From Escherichia coli (GTDB lineage: Bacteria > Pseudomonadota > Gammaproteobacteria > Enterobacterales > Enterobacteriaceae), in assembly GCF_003334255.1 (NCBI RefSeq), contig NZ_QOWU01000009.1: 64,000 bases of DNA, one strand, 5' to 3'. Under the pieces are notes generated by a model, which saw nothing but the letters and a program-made list of their open reading frames with translations, was not told where the DNA came from and searched no databases. Positions 1-10,454 of this stretch are shown in pieces (within the stretch, counting starts at the first letter, position 1; each line of letters begins with the position of its first letter). Position numbers and translations under genes: made by a program.

Positions 1-408
1 CAGTGCTTTAGTCAGCGGAGGCAGAATAGTGTTGATATATTCGTCAGTGGTCTGCTTGATCTTATTAGCAATATCTTCAGCAGCACCCAGCGCATATTCA
101 AAGAAGCTAATCTGTAAACGCAGGTCATTCAGGCTTACATCGAGAGTGGAATACGTATTAGCGAACGCGTACAACGGCAGGTTCTCGTTCATTTTGCTAA
201 TTTCTTCGCACAGCTCGAGATTATATTTATCCCAGTCAAAAATAACGCCGCACAGACGCGCATTGTTTTCGATCAGTTTTAATAAGTCGTCACGGTCGTT
301 CGGGTAAACAATCTGGAAGTTCAGACGTTCAAGCGCGCGATGAAGTTCACGGATGGGTTCTTCTTTAAAATAAACCCCCATGTGATTCAATATTGCAATA
401 ACGTTCAT
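1..408 (-). CDS. cadA: Inducible lysine decarboxylase, first 136 codons only (gene continues off the left edge)
   Basis: Reverse-strand reading from CAT at 406-408 gives MNVIAILNHMGVYFKEEPIRELHRALERLNFQIVYP..., recognised as the CadA N-terminus. It stays open to position 1 and lies directly downstream of cadB. Confidence 0.9.
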   Translation of the reverse strand, partial: MNVIAILNHMGVYFKEEPIRELHRALERLNFQIVYPNDRDDLLKLIENNARLCGVIFDWDKYNLELCEEISKMNENLPLYAFANTYSTLDVSLNDLRLQISFFEYALGAAEDIANKIKQTTDEYINTILPPLTKAL

Positions 409-487
409 AGTCATATCTCCAGGTAAAAAAGGCCCCTCCCAACACATGGGACAAAATGAAAGGAGGAGCCTCGGAAAATACTTTTAA

Positions 488-1822
488 TTAATGTGCGTTA
501 GACGCGGTGTGGTTATCCATTGAGTGGCTCTGGCGCTCGTGCATTTTGCGAGCGTAGAACATCAGGATAATCAGGCTGACGATGAAGGTACCTGCCAGCT
601 CGAAGGAGCTTGCGCCCATCAGCGCGATGAAGCAGAACACGCAACCCAGTACAGAGCAGATCAGGCTGACAAAGTTGCGGATGTTAACGCCTTCAAAACG
701 AATCAGGTCAACGCAAGAGTAGAAATACGGCAGCATAGTCAGCAGTACTGCGATACCGGTCAGTTCACCGAACAGGTCAGATGCTTTACCACCGGCAGAG
801 TTCATCAGAGTGATAAGGATCATCAGGGCAGTCATTTTCACTGCAGCCAGCAGCAGACCTTTTTTCGGAATACCGTTGCTGTCGACTTCACCATAAACTT
901 TCGGGAAGTTACCGTCGTTAGCGGCACGTACACCTGCCTGGCCTACCAACATCATCCAGGAGCCCAGAGAAGTCAGGCACGCAAAGGCGGTGAATGCAGA
1001 AACCAGCGGCGCAGCCCAGTTACCGAGGATAGTTGAAGCACTGATTGCAAACGGAGCACCGGAAGCCGCCATTACAGAAGACGGATACATACCGGAAAGC
1101 ACCTGAGTCGCAGCGATGTAAACAATACCTGCTAAACCAGTACCCAGCATGGTTGCCAGCGGAACGGTACGTTTCGGGTTTTTAACCATACCAGTACTTA
1201 CAGCTGCGGATTCAACACCCACGAAGGCCCACAGGCAGAGCAGAATACTTTTAATGATCGCATGACCATCAGTGGTATCCGCAGTATTCCAGTTAGCTGC
1301 ATAAGTTGCTGCATCAAACCAATGCCAGCCAACAATAGCAGTCATCACCACAGGAATAAGAACCAGCACCAGACCAATAGTGGTTAAACGGCTTACCCAA
1401 GTACCGCCGAGCATATTTACAAAGGTAAATACCCAGACGATAGCAATACAGGCGATACCCGCCGGAACAGGATCATTTAATACTGGGAAGAAGGTGGAAA
1501 GATAAGATACAGCGGTAATACCAATCGCCAGGTTACCAATCCAGTTAGCATGGTAATAAAGAACACCTGTCTGAAAACCAAATGCAGGGGAAATTTCTCC
1601 GGCATAAGCAATTGGGCCACCTTGTTGCGGGTTTTTTGTTGCCAGTCGGGCATATACATACGCCAGCGACATTGCACCAATAATAGAGATAATCCAACCC
1701 CAGATAGCAATACCACCGATACTTGCTAGGTTCGCAGGTAATAATGCAATACCGCTCCCCATCATATTACCGGCAACAACACCGGTACAGGCAAATAGCC
1801 CGATCTTCTTGGCAGAACTCAT
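488..1822 (-). CDS. cadB: Lysine:cadaverine antiporter (APC family)
   Basis: 444-aa ORF, polytopic membrane protein starting MSSAKKIGLFACTGVVAGNMMGSG. Length and sequence match my recollection of CadB, and it sits between cadC and cadA. Confidence 0.95.
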   Translation of the reverse strand: MSSAKKIGLFACTGVVAGNMMGSGIALLPANLASIGGIAIWGWIISIIGAMSLAYVYARLATKNPQQGGPIAYAGEISPAFGFQTGVLYYHANWIGNLAIGITAVSYLSTFFPVLNDPVPAGIACIAIVWVFTFVNMLGGTWVSRLTTIGLVLVLIPVVMTAIVGWHWFDAATYAANWNTADTTDGHAIIKSILLCLWAFVGVESAAVSTGMVKNPKRTVPLATMLGTGLAGIVYIAATQVLSGMYPSSVMAASGAPFAISASTILGNWAAPLVSAFTAFACLTSLGSWMMLVGQAGVRAANDGNFPKVYGEVDSNGIPKKGLLLAAVKMTALMILITLMNSAGGKASDLFGELTGIAVLLTMLPYFYSCVDLIRFEGVNIRNFVSLICSVLGCVFCFIALMGASSFELAGTFIVSLIILMFYARKMHERQSHSMDNHTASNAH

Positions 1823-2081
1823 GCTCTTCTCCTAATTTCATTTTTGAATTTGGAGTCCGGGTCATGATGTATAACTATTTCCTGACCAGACCAAACTGGC
1901 GATAAGATTACTCACGAAAAAAGGATTAATCCTAAAGATTAGGTGAAATAACACAAAAGTTTCTGTAAGTGAGAACTTGAGGTTTTTTATTAACACATCA
2001 GGATCGCAAGTTGATATCATGAAAAGATAAACATTTAATGTTTACAATGGATTGCGTGACATTCTCTGGTTAAATTTATGT

Positions 2082-2113
2082 AATAAAAATTATGCGGCAA
2101 ATAAATTGCCGCA
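2082..2113 (-). terminator. Rho-independent terminator downstream of cadC
   Basis: Minus strand reads TGCGGCAA-TTTAT-TTGCCGCA followed by TAATTTTTATT. It lies about 75 nt past the cadC stop codon. Confidence 0.7.
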
Positions 2114-2186
2114 ACATATTATACCAACAGGAACATACAAAAACTCAACAACAAATATTTCCGAGCATAAATCAACCCGGAGTTAC

Positions 2187-3725
2187 TTATTCTGAAGCAA
2201 GAAATTTGTCGAGATAAGGTACAACATAAGGAACAGAAGTCTGGAATATACCATTTTCAATCCAGTAAAGGGTGTTTGCCCCTGGGCGTAAATTAAAGGC
2301 GGTGAGATATGCATCAGCTGCTTCCCGGTTCATCCCCTTCATTTCATAAACCTTGCCAAGCAACACATAATTTAGCCAGGACATTTCAAGATCAATGCCA
2401 GTATTTATCGCCTGGTAAGACTCATCTGTTTTACCTTTTACCAGAGCACTGACCGCTTTTATTTGATATATAATGGACAGGTTGTTCAATTCCGGCAGTG
2501 TAACAATGTTATCTATTTCTGTGTTCAGTGCTGCTAATTGTTTTTCATCTAAAGGATGTTGAGAATGGCGCACGATATCAACTAATGCTTTTTCTGCTCT
2601 CGCGTAGGTAAATTCTGGGGATGATTGAACAATCTCACCTAATAATTCACTGGCACGGTTCAATGATTTATCATCGCCATGCAGTAAATAATCATGTGCC
2701 TGATAAAAATTAGTTAATAACGCACCACGATGCGGCAAAATTTTCTGGAGCGTCTCCTGCATTCGTTGTGGCCACGGTTGGTTTAACGCTTTTGATAAAC
2801 TCTCCAGTAAATCATTTTGAATCGCCAGCTGATTACCGTTAGTGATGACATAACGTTTATCCAGCATGGTTGAACCATCTGCATTGTCTACCAATTTTAT
2901 CGACATAAAGCATTGTTGAGCACGGTATTGGCGCTGATTAACAAACGCAATAGATAATGTTTTACCGGAACTGCTCGGTTCATCAATGTTGTAGTTGATT
3001 TTGTCATGCACCATAAAGGTGGAGAAGGTGTTAAGTGATGTCGCCACCAAATCACCCACGCCTATCGCGTAAGAGAGCTGATACGGGGAACTCCAGCTGT
3101 TACAACTTTTATTTACCATATTAATGTCAATATCGCGTGGATTGAGCAAAATACGCGATTTGCTCATAGGAAGACGTGTATCAAGACTTGAAAACGCTAC
3201 CAGTGCTACACAGATACCTAACGACAACAGGAAAAAAAACCATACCCAAAAGGTAGTGAATCGTTTGCTTTTAACTGGGGATTGTTCAGGTGGCGTTGCG
3301 GTGTTTTGAATGTTAAGACTGTGGGAGGGAGAATCTGTGGCAGGAACCGCCTCTGGTATAGGGGGAGGCGAAGATAGCATTATTTCCTCTCCCTCTTCTT
3401 CGCTGTACCAGATAACCGGCACCATTAATTTATAGCCGCGCTTTGGTACAGTAGCGATATAGACAGGACTATCTTCATCATTATCTTTTAATGACTTACG
3501 TAGTTCTGAGATACTCTGCGTCACAACGTGATTGGTGACAATACTTCTCTTCCAGACATTATCGATAAGTTCATCCCTGCTAAGTACTTCGCCACTGTGT
3601 TGAGCAAAGAAAACCAGAAGATCGATTAATCTCGGCTCAAGGGTAAGTTGACGCCCATTGCGGCTAATTTGGTTTATGGACGGAGTAACAAGCCATTCGC
3701 CAACGCGAACTACAGGTTGTTGCAT
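2187..3725 (-). CDS. cadC: ToxR-like membrane-integrated transcriptional activator of cadBA
   Basis: 512-aa ORF with an N-terminal winged-helix OmpR/ToxR-like domain, a single hydrophobic segment (FWVWFFFLLSLGICVALVAF) and a periplasmic sensor domain. It carries the PPPIP motif at residues 120-124. Confidence 0.95.
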   Translation of the reverse strand: MQQPVVRVGEWLVTPSINQISRNGRQLTLEPRLIDLLVFFAQHSGEVLSRDELIDNVWKRSIVTNHVVTQSISELRKSLKDNDEDSPVYIATVPKRGYKLMVPVIWYSEEEGEEIMLSSPPPIPEAVPATDSPSHSLNIQNTATPPEQSPVKSKRFTTFWVWFFFLLSLGICVALVAFSSLDTRLPMSKSRILLNPRDIDINMVNKSCNSWSSPYQLSYAIGVGDLVATSLNTFSTFMVHDKINYNIDEPSSSGKTLSIAFVNQRQYRAQQCFMSIKLVDNADGSTMLDKRYVITNGNQLAIQNDLLESLSKALNQPWPQRMQETLQKILPHRGALLTNFYQAHDYLLHGDDKSLNRASELLGEIVQSSPEFTYARAEKALVDIVRHSQHPLDEKQLAALNTEIDNIVTLPELNNLSIIYQIKAVSALVKGKTDESYQAINTGIDLEMSWLNYVLLGKVYEMKGMNREAADAYLTAFNLRPGANTLYWIENGIFQTSVPYVVPYLDKFLASE

Positions 3726-4045
3726 AATAGAAACTCATTCGAAAAGGGAATGATGCAATGATAATTGCCACAACCTATTTTTACCATCTATAGATGGGTT
3801 TATTTACATATTATTGGTGAATGCAAGACGTTATTTTTACCAGCCATAAACTTCTTGATTACATAGTATTACGAAAGGATTTTACTGAGAACCAGAAGTA
3901 ATATTCCTTACCATCAAAATTCATCATCTTTGCCAAAGAAAAATGTTCAGAAAATAATCCATGGAAAATTGTCCGGAGCACTTACTATTTTAATGGATTG
4001 TTAGTCTTTGCATGAGCAAGCGAACTGATACATTTCTCTTTGTTC

Positions 4046-4298
4046 TCATTCAGAAAATCTCATCAGTCGCCGTTCAGACCGGTGTTGTGCTTTATGGATG
4101 CGTTACGCTCCTGATGACGTCATTTGACGTTCAACAGCATCACGGGGCCGCACGACATTTCACGTCAGTTAGTGCTATAGCTCAGGAACAAATTTTCCCG
4201 AATTGGGATATGCCCGCAAATTGCTGGTGATGTGGGGAGAATCTGGTTGAGTTCGGTAGAATTGATTTGGAGGCAGAACGCTTAAATCGTGGCGTCCT
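4046..4298 (-). pseudogene. Decayed C-terminal remnant of a P4/CP4-type tyrosine integrase next to the 3' end of pheU
   Basis: My minus-strand translation gives ...PRFKRSASKSIL... in one frame. A second frame gives NVVRPRDAVERQMTSSGA*RIHKAQHRSERRLMRFSE*. These resemble the conserved ...GFR..A...L / DAIERQL.H / YIH..EH.EERR.M block of CP4-like integrases as I remember it. The remnant is interrupted by stops and a frame change. K-12 annotation lists an integrase remnant here, by recollection. Confidence 0.45.
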
Positions 4299-4302
4299 GA
4301 AA

Positions 4303-4332
4303 CGAAAAACGGACCTCCGTGGAGGTCCGTTT
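4303..4332 (-). terminator. Rho-independent terminator of pheU
   Basis: Minus strand reads AAACGGACCTCC-ACGGAGGTCCGTTTTTCGTTT, immediately 3' of the tRNA. Confidence 0.85.
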
Positions 4333-4341
4333 ATATGAATT

Positions 4342-4417
4342 TGGTGCCCGGACTCGGAATCGAACCAAGGACACGGGGATTTTCAATCCCCTGCTCTACC
4401 GACTGAGCTATCCGGGC
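4342..4417 (-). tRNA. pheU: tRNA-Phe (anticodon GAA)
   Basis: 76-nt reverse-strand sequence GCCCGGATAGCTCAGTCGGTAGAGCAGGGGATTGAAAATCCCCGTGTCCTTGGTTCGATTCCGAGTCCGGGCACCA. It has cloverleaf arms, a GAA anticodon in the loop and an encoded CCA. Confidence 0.95.
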
Positions 4418-4427
4418 AACGGGGCGC

Positions 4428-4456
4428 ATTAAACCGTAATCTGCACATCTCGTCAA
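4428..4456 (-). promoter_or_regulatory. pheU promoter (sigma70, stringent-type)
   Basis: Minus strand reads TTGACG, a 17-nt spacer, then TTTAAT. A GC-rich discriminator GCGCCCC follows, a few nt before the mature tRNA 5' end. Confidence 0.7.
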
Positions 4457-4523
4457 CCTAATTTCAGTAAAAGCGATTCAACTGCTTAAGATTGCGGCAA
4501 ATCGCTTCTTTTCTGTGTTTCTG

Positions 4524-5099
4524 TCAGGTCAATGCACCACCCTGGCGGCAGCGGGCGAAGCGCAGGATATCTTCCGCCAGCCGATGTGCAGTGTCGACAT
4601 CCGCCTGGCTACGATTCACCAGCATTCGGCTTAAACAGCCTTCCAGCACCAGTTCCATCTGCTTTGCTACCATCGCCGGATCGTCAACTTCCAGTGTGGT
4701 TAACAGTTCGTGGGTGAAATCGTAGGCCGCGCTTTTTTGCTGATCGGCCAGTTGATGAATAGGGTGGCCAGGATCGGGATAAAACGTACAGGCAGCGATA
4801 AATAGACAGCCCGGATAGCGGTTGTTTTTAACGCACTCCGATAACGCCTGATAACGTGCCAGCAGCTTTTGTTCGGCGGTTTGCGTTTCGTCCAGCATCA
4901 GCTGACGACGCCAGACATCTATCTGTTGGCTAAGATAACGCAGCGCATCGTAGAGGATTGCCTCTTTGTCTGGCCAGAAGCGGCGTAGCTCGTCCAGTGG
5001 ATAATCCACACGTTCAGCAACCATCTCCAGCGTGGTGTTGGCAATCCCTTGTAATTCTAATAATTTCAGGGCTTCTCCCAGTACATCTTCACGTTGCAC
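4524..5099 (-). CDS. yjdC: TetR-family transcriptional regulator (191 aa from the GTG start)
   Basis: The ORF-track entry is 199 aa. The internal GTG at 5097-5099 is preceded by GGAGG at the right spacing and gives the remembered 191-aa protein. It has an N-terminal TetR-type HTH ([15 protein letters not shown]). Confidence 0.85.
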
Positions 5100-5135
5100 G
5101 CTATTTTCCTCCGTCTTTCCCACTGCAAGTGTCGT

Positions 5136-6833
5136 TCACGGTTGGCGATCGCGCAAATGTGCGCTGAAGGTTTCAGCATCCATAAAGCCCGTGACGCGTG
5201 CTTGTGGATGCTCCTGGCCTTGTCCGTCAAAAAAGAGAATTGTCGGTAGGCCAAGGACATTAAGATGCTTTAACAGCGCCACATCTTGTGCGTCGTTGGC
5301 CGTGACGTTGGCCTGAAGTAAGACCGTGTCTGCTAACGCTTTTTGCACCTGCGGGTCGCTGAAGGTGTATTTCTCAAACTCTTTACAGGCGACGCACCAG
5401 TCGGCATAAAGATCTAACATCACCGGTTTGCCTTTGGCTTCAACGAGCGCCTGATTTAACTCATCTACCGTTTTGATTTGTGTAAAGTTGAGATGCGTCT
5501 GAGTTTGCGCGGTATGCGTCGCACCAAATGCCCAATCCTGAAGTGGGCGCACGCTAACCAATGCCGCTGCCAGCAGAATAATTTGCACAATACGCATCCA
5601 GCCGCGTTTAGCCTGTAGGCTGGTGATAAAGGCCCAGCCAAAGAATGCGACACCCAGCGCCGACCACAAGCGTAATCCCCATACATCACCAATCACTCGC
5701 TCCAGCAGGAAGACCGGCAGTGCGAGGATCACAAAACCAAACGCGGTTTTGACTTGTTCCATCCACGGGCCGCTTTTCGGCAGCAAGCGGTTACCAAAGA
5801 CGGTAATTAGCATCAGCGGCAGGCCCATGCCCAACGCATAGAGATAAAGCGTGCCGCCGCCCAGCCACATGTTCCCGCTTTGGGCGATATACAGCAGAAT
5901 CGCGCTAAGCGGTGCGGTGGTGCATGGTGAACAGATCAGTCCGGCAATCGCCCCCATAACAAACACACCGCCAGGTGAGCCGCCCTGTTGGCGATTGCTC
6001 ATCAACGTGAGACGTGTTTGCAGCGAAGAGGGGAGTTGCAGGGTAAACAAGCCAAACATTGACATCGCCAGCAAGGTAAAGACGATGGCGAGGCCAATGA
6101 GCACGTATGGGTGCTGTAGCGCCGCCTGGAACTGTAACCCTGCGGCGGCAACCACCAGACCCAGCGCCGTGTAGGTCAGCGCCATCCCCTGCACATAAAT
6201 AAAGGTCAGCAACAATGCTCTGGCAGTGGAGAGCCGCTGTTTACCACCCAGCACGATGCCAGAAATCAGTGGGTACATTGGCAGCACGCATGGCGTAAAG
6301 GCGATACCAATACCGATCAACAACGCCCAGAGCGCGGAAAAGGGCAATTGCGCGGTGGGCTGCTCTTGCTGCGGAACAGACACAGGCTGTGGCGCTGCGT
6401 TGTTGGCGACCACTTCGCTTAACGGAACGGTTTTGGTTTCTGGCGGATAACAGAAACCGGCATCAGCACAGCCCTGGTAGGTGACAGTTAACGTCGCTCC
6501 CGCACTCGCCTGGTTGATGGTGACGGGAAGCGTCAGCCGATCGCGGTAAATCTCGCTTTTGCCGTAAAACTCATCTTCATGCCAGACGCCTTGCGGCAGC
6601 TGCACGTCGGCAATTTTCGCGTGTTCCGGCGTAATGCGGATCTGTTTACGGTAGAGGTAGTAACCGTCTTTGATCTGCCAGGTCAGATTAAGGTCATGTT
6701 GGTTTTGCTGAAAATCAAAAGCAAAGGCTTGATCCGCGGGGACAAATTGTGAACGTCCCGGCGCGTCGAATAATCCGGCAAAAACGGAAGTGCTGCAAAG
6801 TAGCAGGATCAGCGTAAAGATGCGTTGAGCCAT
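5136..6833 (-). CDS. dsbD: Thiol:disulfide interchange protein DsbD (565 aa)
   Basis: The ORF-track entry is 592 aa. The ATG at 6831-6833 gives [20 protein letters not shown] (signal peptide), a central polytopic domain and a C-terminal thioredoxin fold with WCVAC. Confidence 0.95.
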
Positions 6834-7147
6834 GAGAGGTAATCTGTGTCTCCGTGTGTAACAGGTAAAACCAGAAGTTCCGGGGTTTGATATGGATGAT
6901 GAGACTTCAGGCATTCCAGCAGTGCCTGCTGGTGAGATACGGTAGTTTTTAAAATCATCTGCACTTCGTATTCTTGCTCCAGCTTACCTTCCCAGTAATA
7001 GAGAGAGGTAGCGCCGGGGATCAAGGTCGCGCAGGCCGCCAGTTTTTCCGCCAGCACTTTGGCGGCTAAATCCTGGGCTGTCGCTTCATCTGGTGCCGTA
7101 CATAGCACCACGACAGACGCGGTATTCGAACTTTTTTCATCAAGCAT
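6809..7147 (-). CDS. cutA: Divalent-cation tolerance protein CutA (112 aa)
   Basis: The ORF was trimmed to the ATG at 7145-7147 ([25 protein letters not shown]...). Its stop overlaps the dsbD start by 25 nt. Confidence 0.9.
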
Positions 7148-7226
7148 AAACACCTCGCAAGAACAGATGGAACCGCAAGAGAGAGGTCACTATACAACGG
7201 ACGGGGGAAGGATGTTAGTCGGCGGG

Positions 7227-7253
7227 AAAGAAAGCGGGGCGTGAACGCCCCGC
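7227..7253 (-). terminator. Terminator downstream of dcuA
   Basis: Minus strand has the GC hairpin GCGGGGCGTTCACGCCCCGC followed by TTTCTTTCCC, starting 10 nt past the dcuA stop. Confidence 0.7.
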
Positions 7254-7262
7254 GATTGATCA

Positions 7263-8564
7263 TTACAGCATGAAGCTACCCAGCACGAAGCCGAAGCAAA
7301 CGGCCAGGGCAACACCCAGAGTACCCGGGATGAAGAACGGATGGTTGAAGACGAATTTACCGATACGGGTAGTACCCGTGTCATCCATCTGTACCGCAGC
7401 AACCAGCGTCGGGTAGGTCGGCAGAATGAACAGACCAGACACCGCAGCGAAAGAAGCAACAGCGGTCAGCGGTGAAACGTTCAGTGCCAGAGCCATCGGC
7501 ATCAGTGCTTTTGCGGTTGCAGCCTGAGAGTACAGCAGAGCAGAAGCAAAGAAGAAGATGACGGCCAGCAGCCACGGATGACCCTGAATCACTTCACCAG
7601 CGGTATCTTTGATCCAGTCGATGTTGTTGGAAACGAAAGTATCGCCCAGCCACGCAACACCCAGGATACAAATACAGGCGCTCATACCTGCTTTGAAGGT
7701 GCTGGAGTTGAGGATGTTGTCGGTATCGACTTTACAGATAACGGTGGTCAGAGTTGCAACGCTGAGCATGATGATCAGGATTGCGTTGGTGGTGTTCATC
7801 AGCGGTTTTTCAACCAGACCCATGCTTGGGCTGTTGATGATTGCATAGATAACCACGCCAACTACGCCCAGCAGGAACAGCCAGACGGACGTTTTTGCAC
7901 CGGATTTGATTTCAATCTGCTTTTCACCGCGCAGTTCAACCAGGCCCTCTTCCAGACGCTTGCGATAAATCGGATCGTCAGAGAGTTTGGAGTTGAACAG
8001 CATAGTGACCAGGAAGGACATCACCAGAACCGCCAGCAGGGTGGACGGGATGACCACGGAGAGCAGATGGAGGTAGCTGATACCATGACCTTCCATCACG
8101 GAAGACATGTAAACCACTGCCGCTGAGATTGGCGATGCGGTGATCGCAATCTGCGCGGATACCACTGCAGTAGACAGCGGACGGCAAGGTTTAACGCCTT
8201 GTTCCTTCGCAACTTCAGCGATAACTGGCAGTGTCGCCAGAGAGATGTTGCCAGTACCAGCAAAGATAGTCAGGAAATAGGTCACGATCGGTGCGAGGAT
8301 CGTGATGTATTTCGGGTTACGGCGCAGCAGCTTTTCTGTCTGATGAACCAGATAGTCCAGACCGCCAGCAACCTGCATGGCAGAAATAGCGGCGATAACC
8401 GCCATGATAATGGAGATGACATCGAACGGGATGTTACCGGGTTTAACGCCAATAGCGGCAAGAACCAGCACCCCCAATCCGCCTGCAAAACCAATACCTA
8501 TTCCCCCCAATCTGGCGCCCAAGAAGATCGCCAGCAAAACTATGATGAGTTCTACAACTAGCAT
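7263..8564 (-). CDS. dcuA: Anaerobic C4-dicarboxylate transporter DcuA
   Basis: 433-aa polytopic ORF (MLVVELIIVLLAIFLGARLGGIGIGFAGG...), recognised as DcuA and located downstream of aspA. Confidence 0.95.
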   Translation of the reverse strand: MLVVELIIVLLAIFLGARLGGIGIGFAGGLGVLVLAAIGVKPGNIPFDVISIIMAVIAAISAMQVAGGLDYLVHQTEKLLRRNPKYITILAPIVTYFLTIFAGTGNISLATLPVIAEVAKEQGVKPCRPLSTAVVSAQIAITASPISAAVVYMSSVMEGHGISYLHLLSVVIPSTLLAVLVMSFLVTMLFNSKLSDDPIYRKRLEEGLVELRGEKQIEIKSGAKTSVWLFLLGVVGVVIYAIINSPSMGLVEKPLMNTTNAILIIMLSVATLTTVICKVDTDNILNSSTFKAGMSACICILGVAWLGDTFVSNNIDWIKDTAGEVIQGHPWLLAVIFFFASALLYSQAATAKALMPMALALNVSPLTAVASFAAVSGLFILPTYPTLVAAVQMDDTGTTRIGKFVFNHPFFIPGTLGVALAVCFGFVLGSFML

Positions 8565-8626
8565 ATTAGCCTTCCTTGTTTTTTAACAAGTTGATATTAG
8601 ATTGTTATTTTTAAGTTACTGCTCAC

Positions 8627-8657
8627 AAGAAAAAAGGCACGTCATCTGACGTGCCTT
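8627..8657 (-). terminator. Terminator downstream of aspA
   Basis: Hairpin AAGGCACGTC-AGAT-GACGTGCCTT is followed on the minus strand by TTTTTTCTTG, about 25 nt after the aspA stop. Confidence 0.8.
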
Positions 8658-8681
8658 TTTTATTTGTACTACCCTGTACGA

Positions 8682-10118
8682 TTACTGTTCGCTTTCATCA
8701 GTATAGCGTTTTGCTTTGTAAGCCGGGTGCATCAGATTCTGTACGGAGAAAATATCGTCAAGTTCCGCTTCAGTCAACAGACCGCGTTCCAGAACGACTT
8801 CACGTACACTCTTACCGGTTTCGGCACAGATTTTACCCACGATGTCACCGTTGTGGTGACCGATGAACGGGTTCAGGTAAGTAACGATACCGATAGAGTT
8901 GTAAACGTAACCTTCGCACACTTCTTTGTTAGCAGTGATGCCGTTAATGCATTTTTCCAGCAGGTTGTAGCAAGCGTTGGTCAGAATGTGAACGGATTCG
9001 AACATGGCCTGGCCAATGACCGGCTCCATAACGTTCAACTGCAGCTGACCTGCTTCTGCTGCCATGGTAACAGTGGTGTCGTTACCGATGACTTTGAAGC
9101 ATACCTGGTTAACCACTTCCGGAACAACCGGGTTTACTTTAGCTGGCATGATGGAAGAGCCCGCCTGCAGTTCCGGCAGGTTGATCTCGTTCAGGCCGGC
9201 ACGTGGGCCTGAAGAGAGCAAGCGCAGGTCGTTACAGATTTTGGACATCTTCACAGCCAGGCGTTTCAGCGCGCCGTGAACCATAACATAAGCGCCGCAG
9301 TCAGAGGTCGCTTCGATCAGGTCTTCAGCCGGTACGCATGGGAAGCCAGTAACTTCAGCCAGTTTTTTCACTGCCAGCGGAGAGTACTCTTTCGGCGTGT
9401 TCAGACCAGTACCGATTGCTGTTGCACCAAGGTTAACTTCCAGCAGCAGTTCAGCGGTACGTTGGATGTTTTTCACTTCTTCTTTCAGCAGGATGCTGAA
9501 AGCGCGGAATTCCTGACCGAGGGTCATCGGTACTGCGTCCTGCAGCTGGGTACGACCCATTTTCAGGATGTCCTGGAATTCGACAGCTTTACGTTCAAAG
9601 CCTTCACGCAGTTGGTTAATCGCATCTACCAGCTTAATCAGGGAAGAGTAAACTGCGATACGGAAACCGGTCGGGTAGGCGTCGTTAGTGGACTGACATT
9701 TGTTAACATGGTCGTTCGGGTTCAGGTACTGATATTCACCTTTTTGGTGACCCATCAGTTCCAGACCGATATTGGCCAGCACTTCGTTGGTGTTCATGTT
9801 TACGGAAGTACCTGCGCCGCCCTGGTAGACGTCTACCGGGAACTGATCCATGCATTTTCCGTTGTTCAGGACTTCATCACATGCGGCAATGATGGCATTC
9901 GCTACACTTTTAGGAATGGTTTGCAGCTCTTTGTTTGCCATAGCTGCGGCTTTTTTAACCATTACCATACCGCGAACAAATTCAGGAATATCACTGATTT
10001 TGTTGTTGCTGATATAGAAGTTTTCAATCGCTCTCAGAGTGTGAACACCATAGTAGGCATCAGCTGGAACTTCCCTGGTACCCAACAGATCTTCTTCGAT
10101 ACGAATGTTGTTTGACAT
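8682..10118 (-). CDS. aspA: Aspartate ammonia-lyase (478 aa)
   Basis: The ORF-track entry is 493 aa. The ATG at 10116-10118 gives [30 protein letters not shown]. It carries the fumarase/aspartase family signature [10 protein letters not shown]. Confidence 0.95.
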
Positions 10119-10305
10119 GTGAACCTTCTTTTTCAAGCTGCCAATGATTTGCTTTAAACACACAGAATATATGTGGTTTCGAATGTTTTTCGACCGACGA
10201 TTATCCCCTGCATCGACCGAATACCCGAGATCATATGCTGCTTGAGGATTTCTACCGTAATCTGGATCACTTTAAGTGTCGGTTTTTACCCCTTAATTAT
10301 TAATT

Positions 10306-10321
10306 TGTGAAATAGATCACC
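10306..10321. promoter_or_regulatory. CRP-like site in the aspA/fxsA divergent control region
   Basis: TGTGA-AATAGA-TCACC matches TGTGA-N6-TCACA at 9 of 10 core positions, about 190 nt upstream of the aspA ATG. The role is inferred and was not tested. Confidence 0.45.
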
Positions 10322-10454
10322 GCTTTGGGATTACTACCAAAAATAGTTGCGCAAACATCTTGAAATTTTGCTAATGACCACAATATAAGCTAAACGCGAT
10401 TCGCAACCCATTCAGGTAGCCGGGGTTAACCGGCTGCTATTACAGGAGAAACCT

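Noticed and set aside
29-307. 92-aa plus-strand ORF at the left edge.
   Set aside because: It lies antisense within the cadA N-terminal coding region, so I treat it as a shadow ORF.
4012-4230. 72-aa plus-strand ORF between cadC and pheU.
   Set aside because: It has no SD and lies antisense to the integrase-like remnant in decayed island DNA. It is most likely non-coding.
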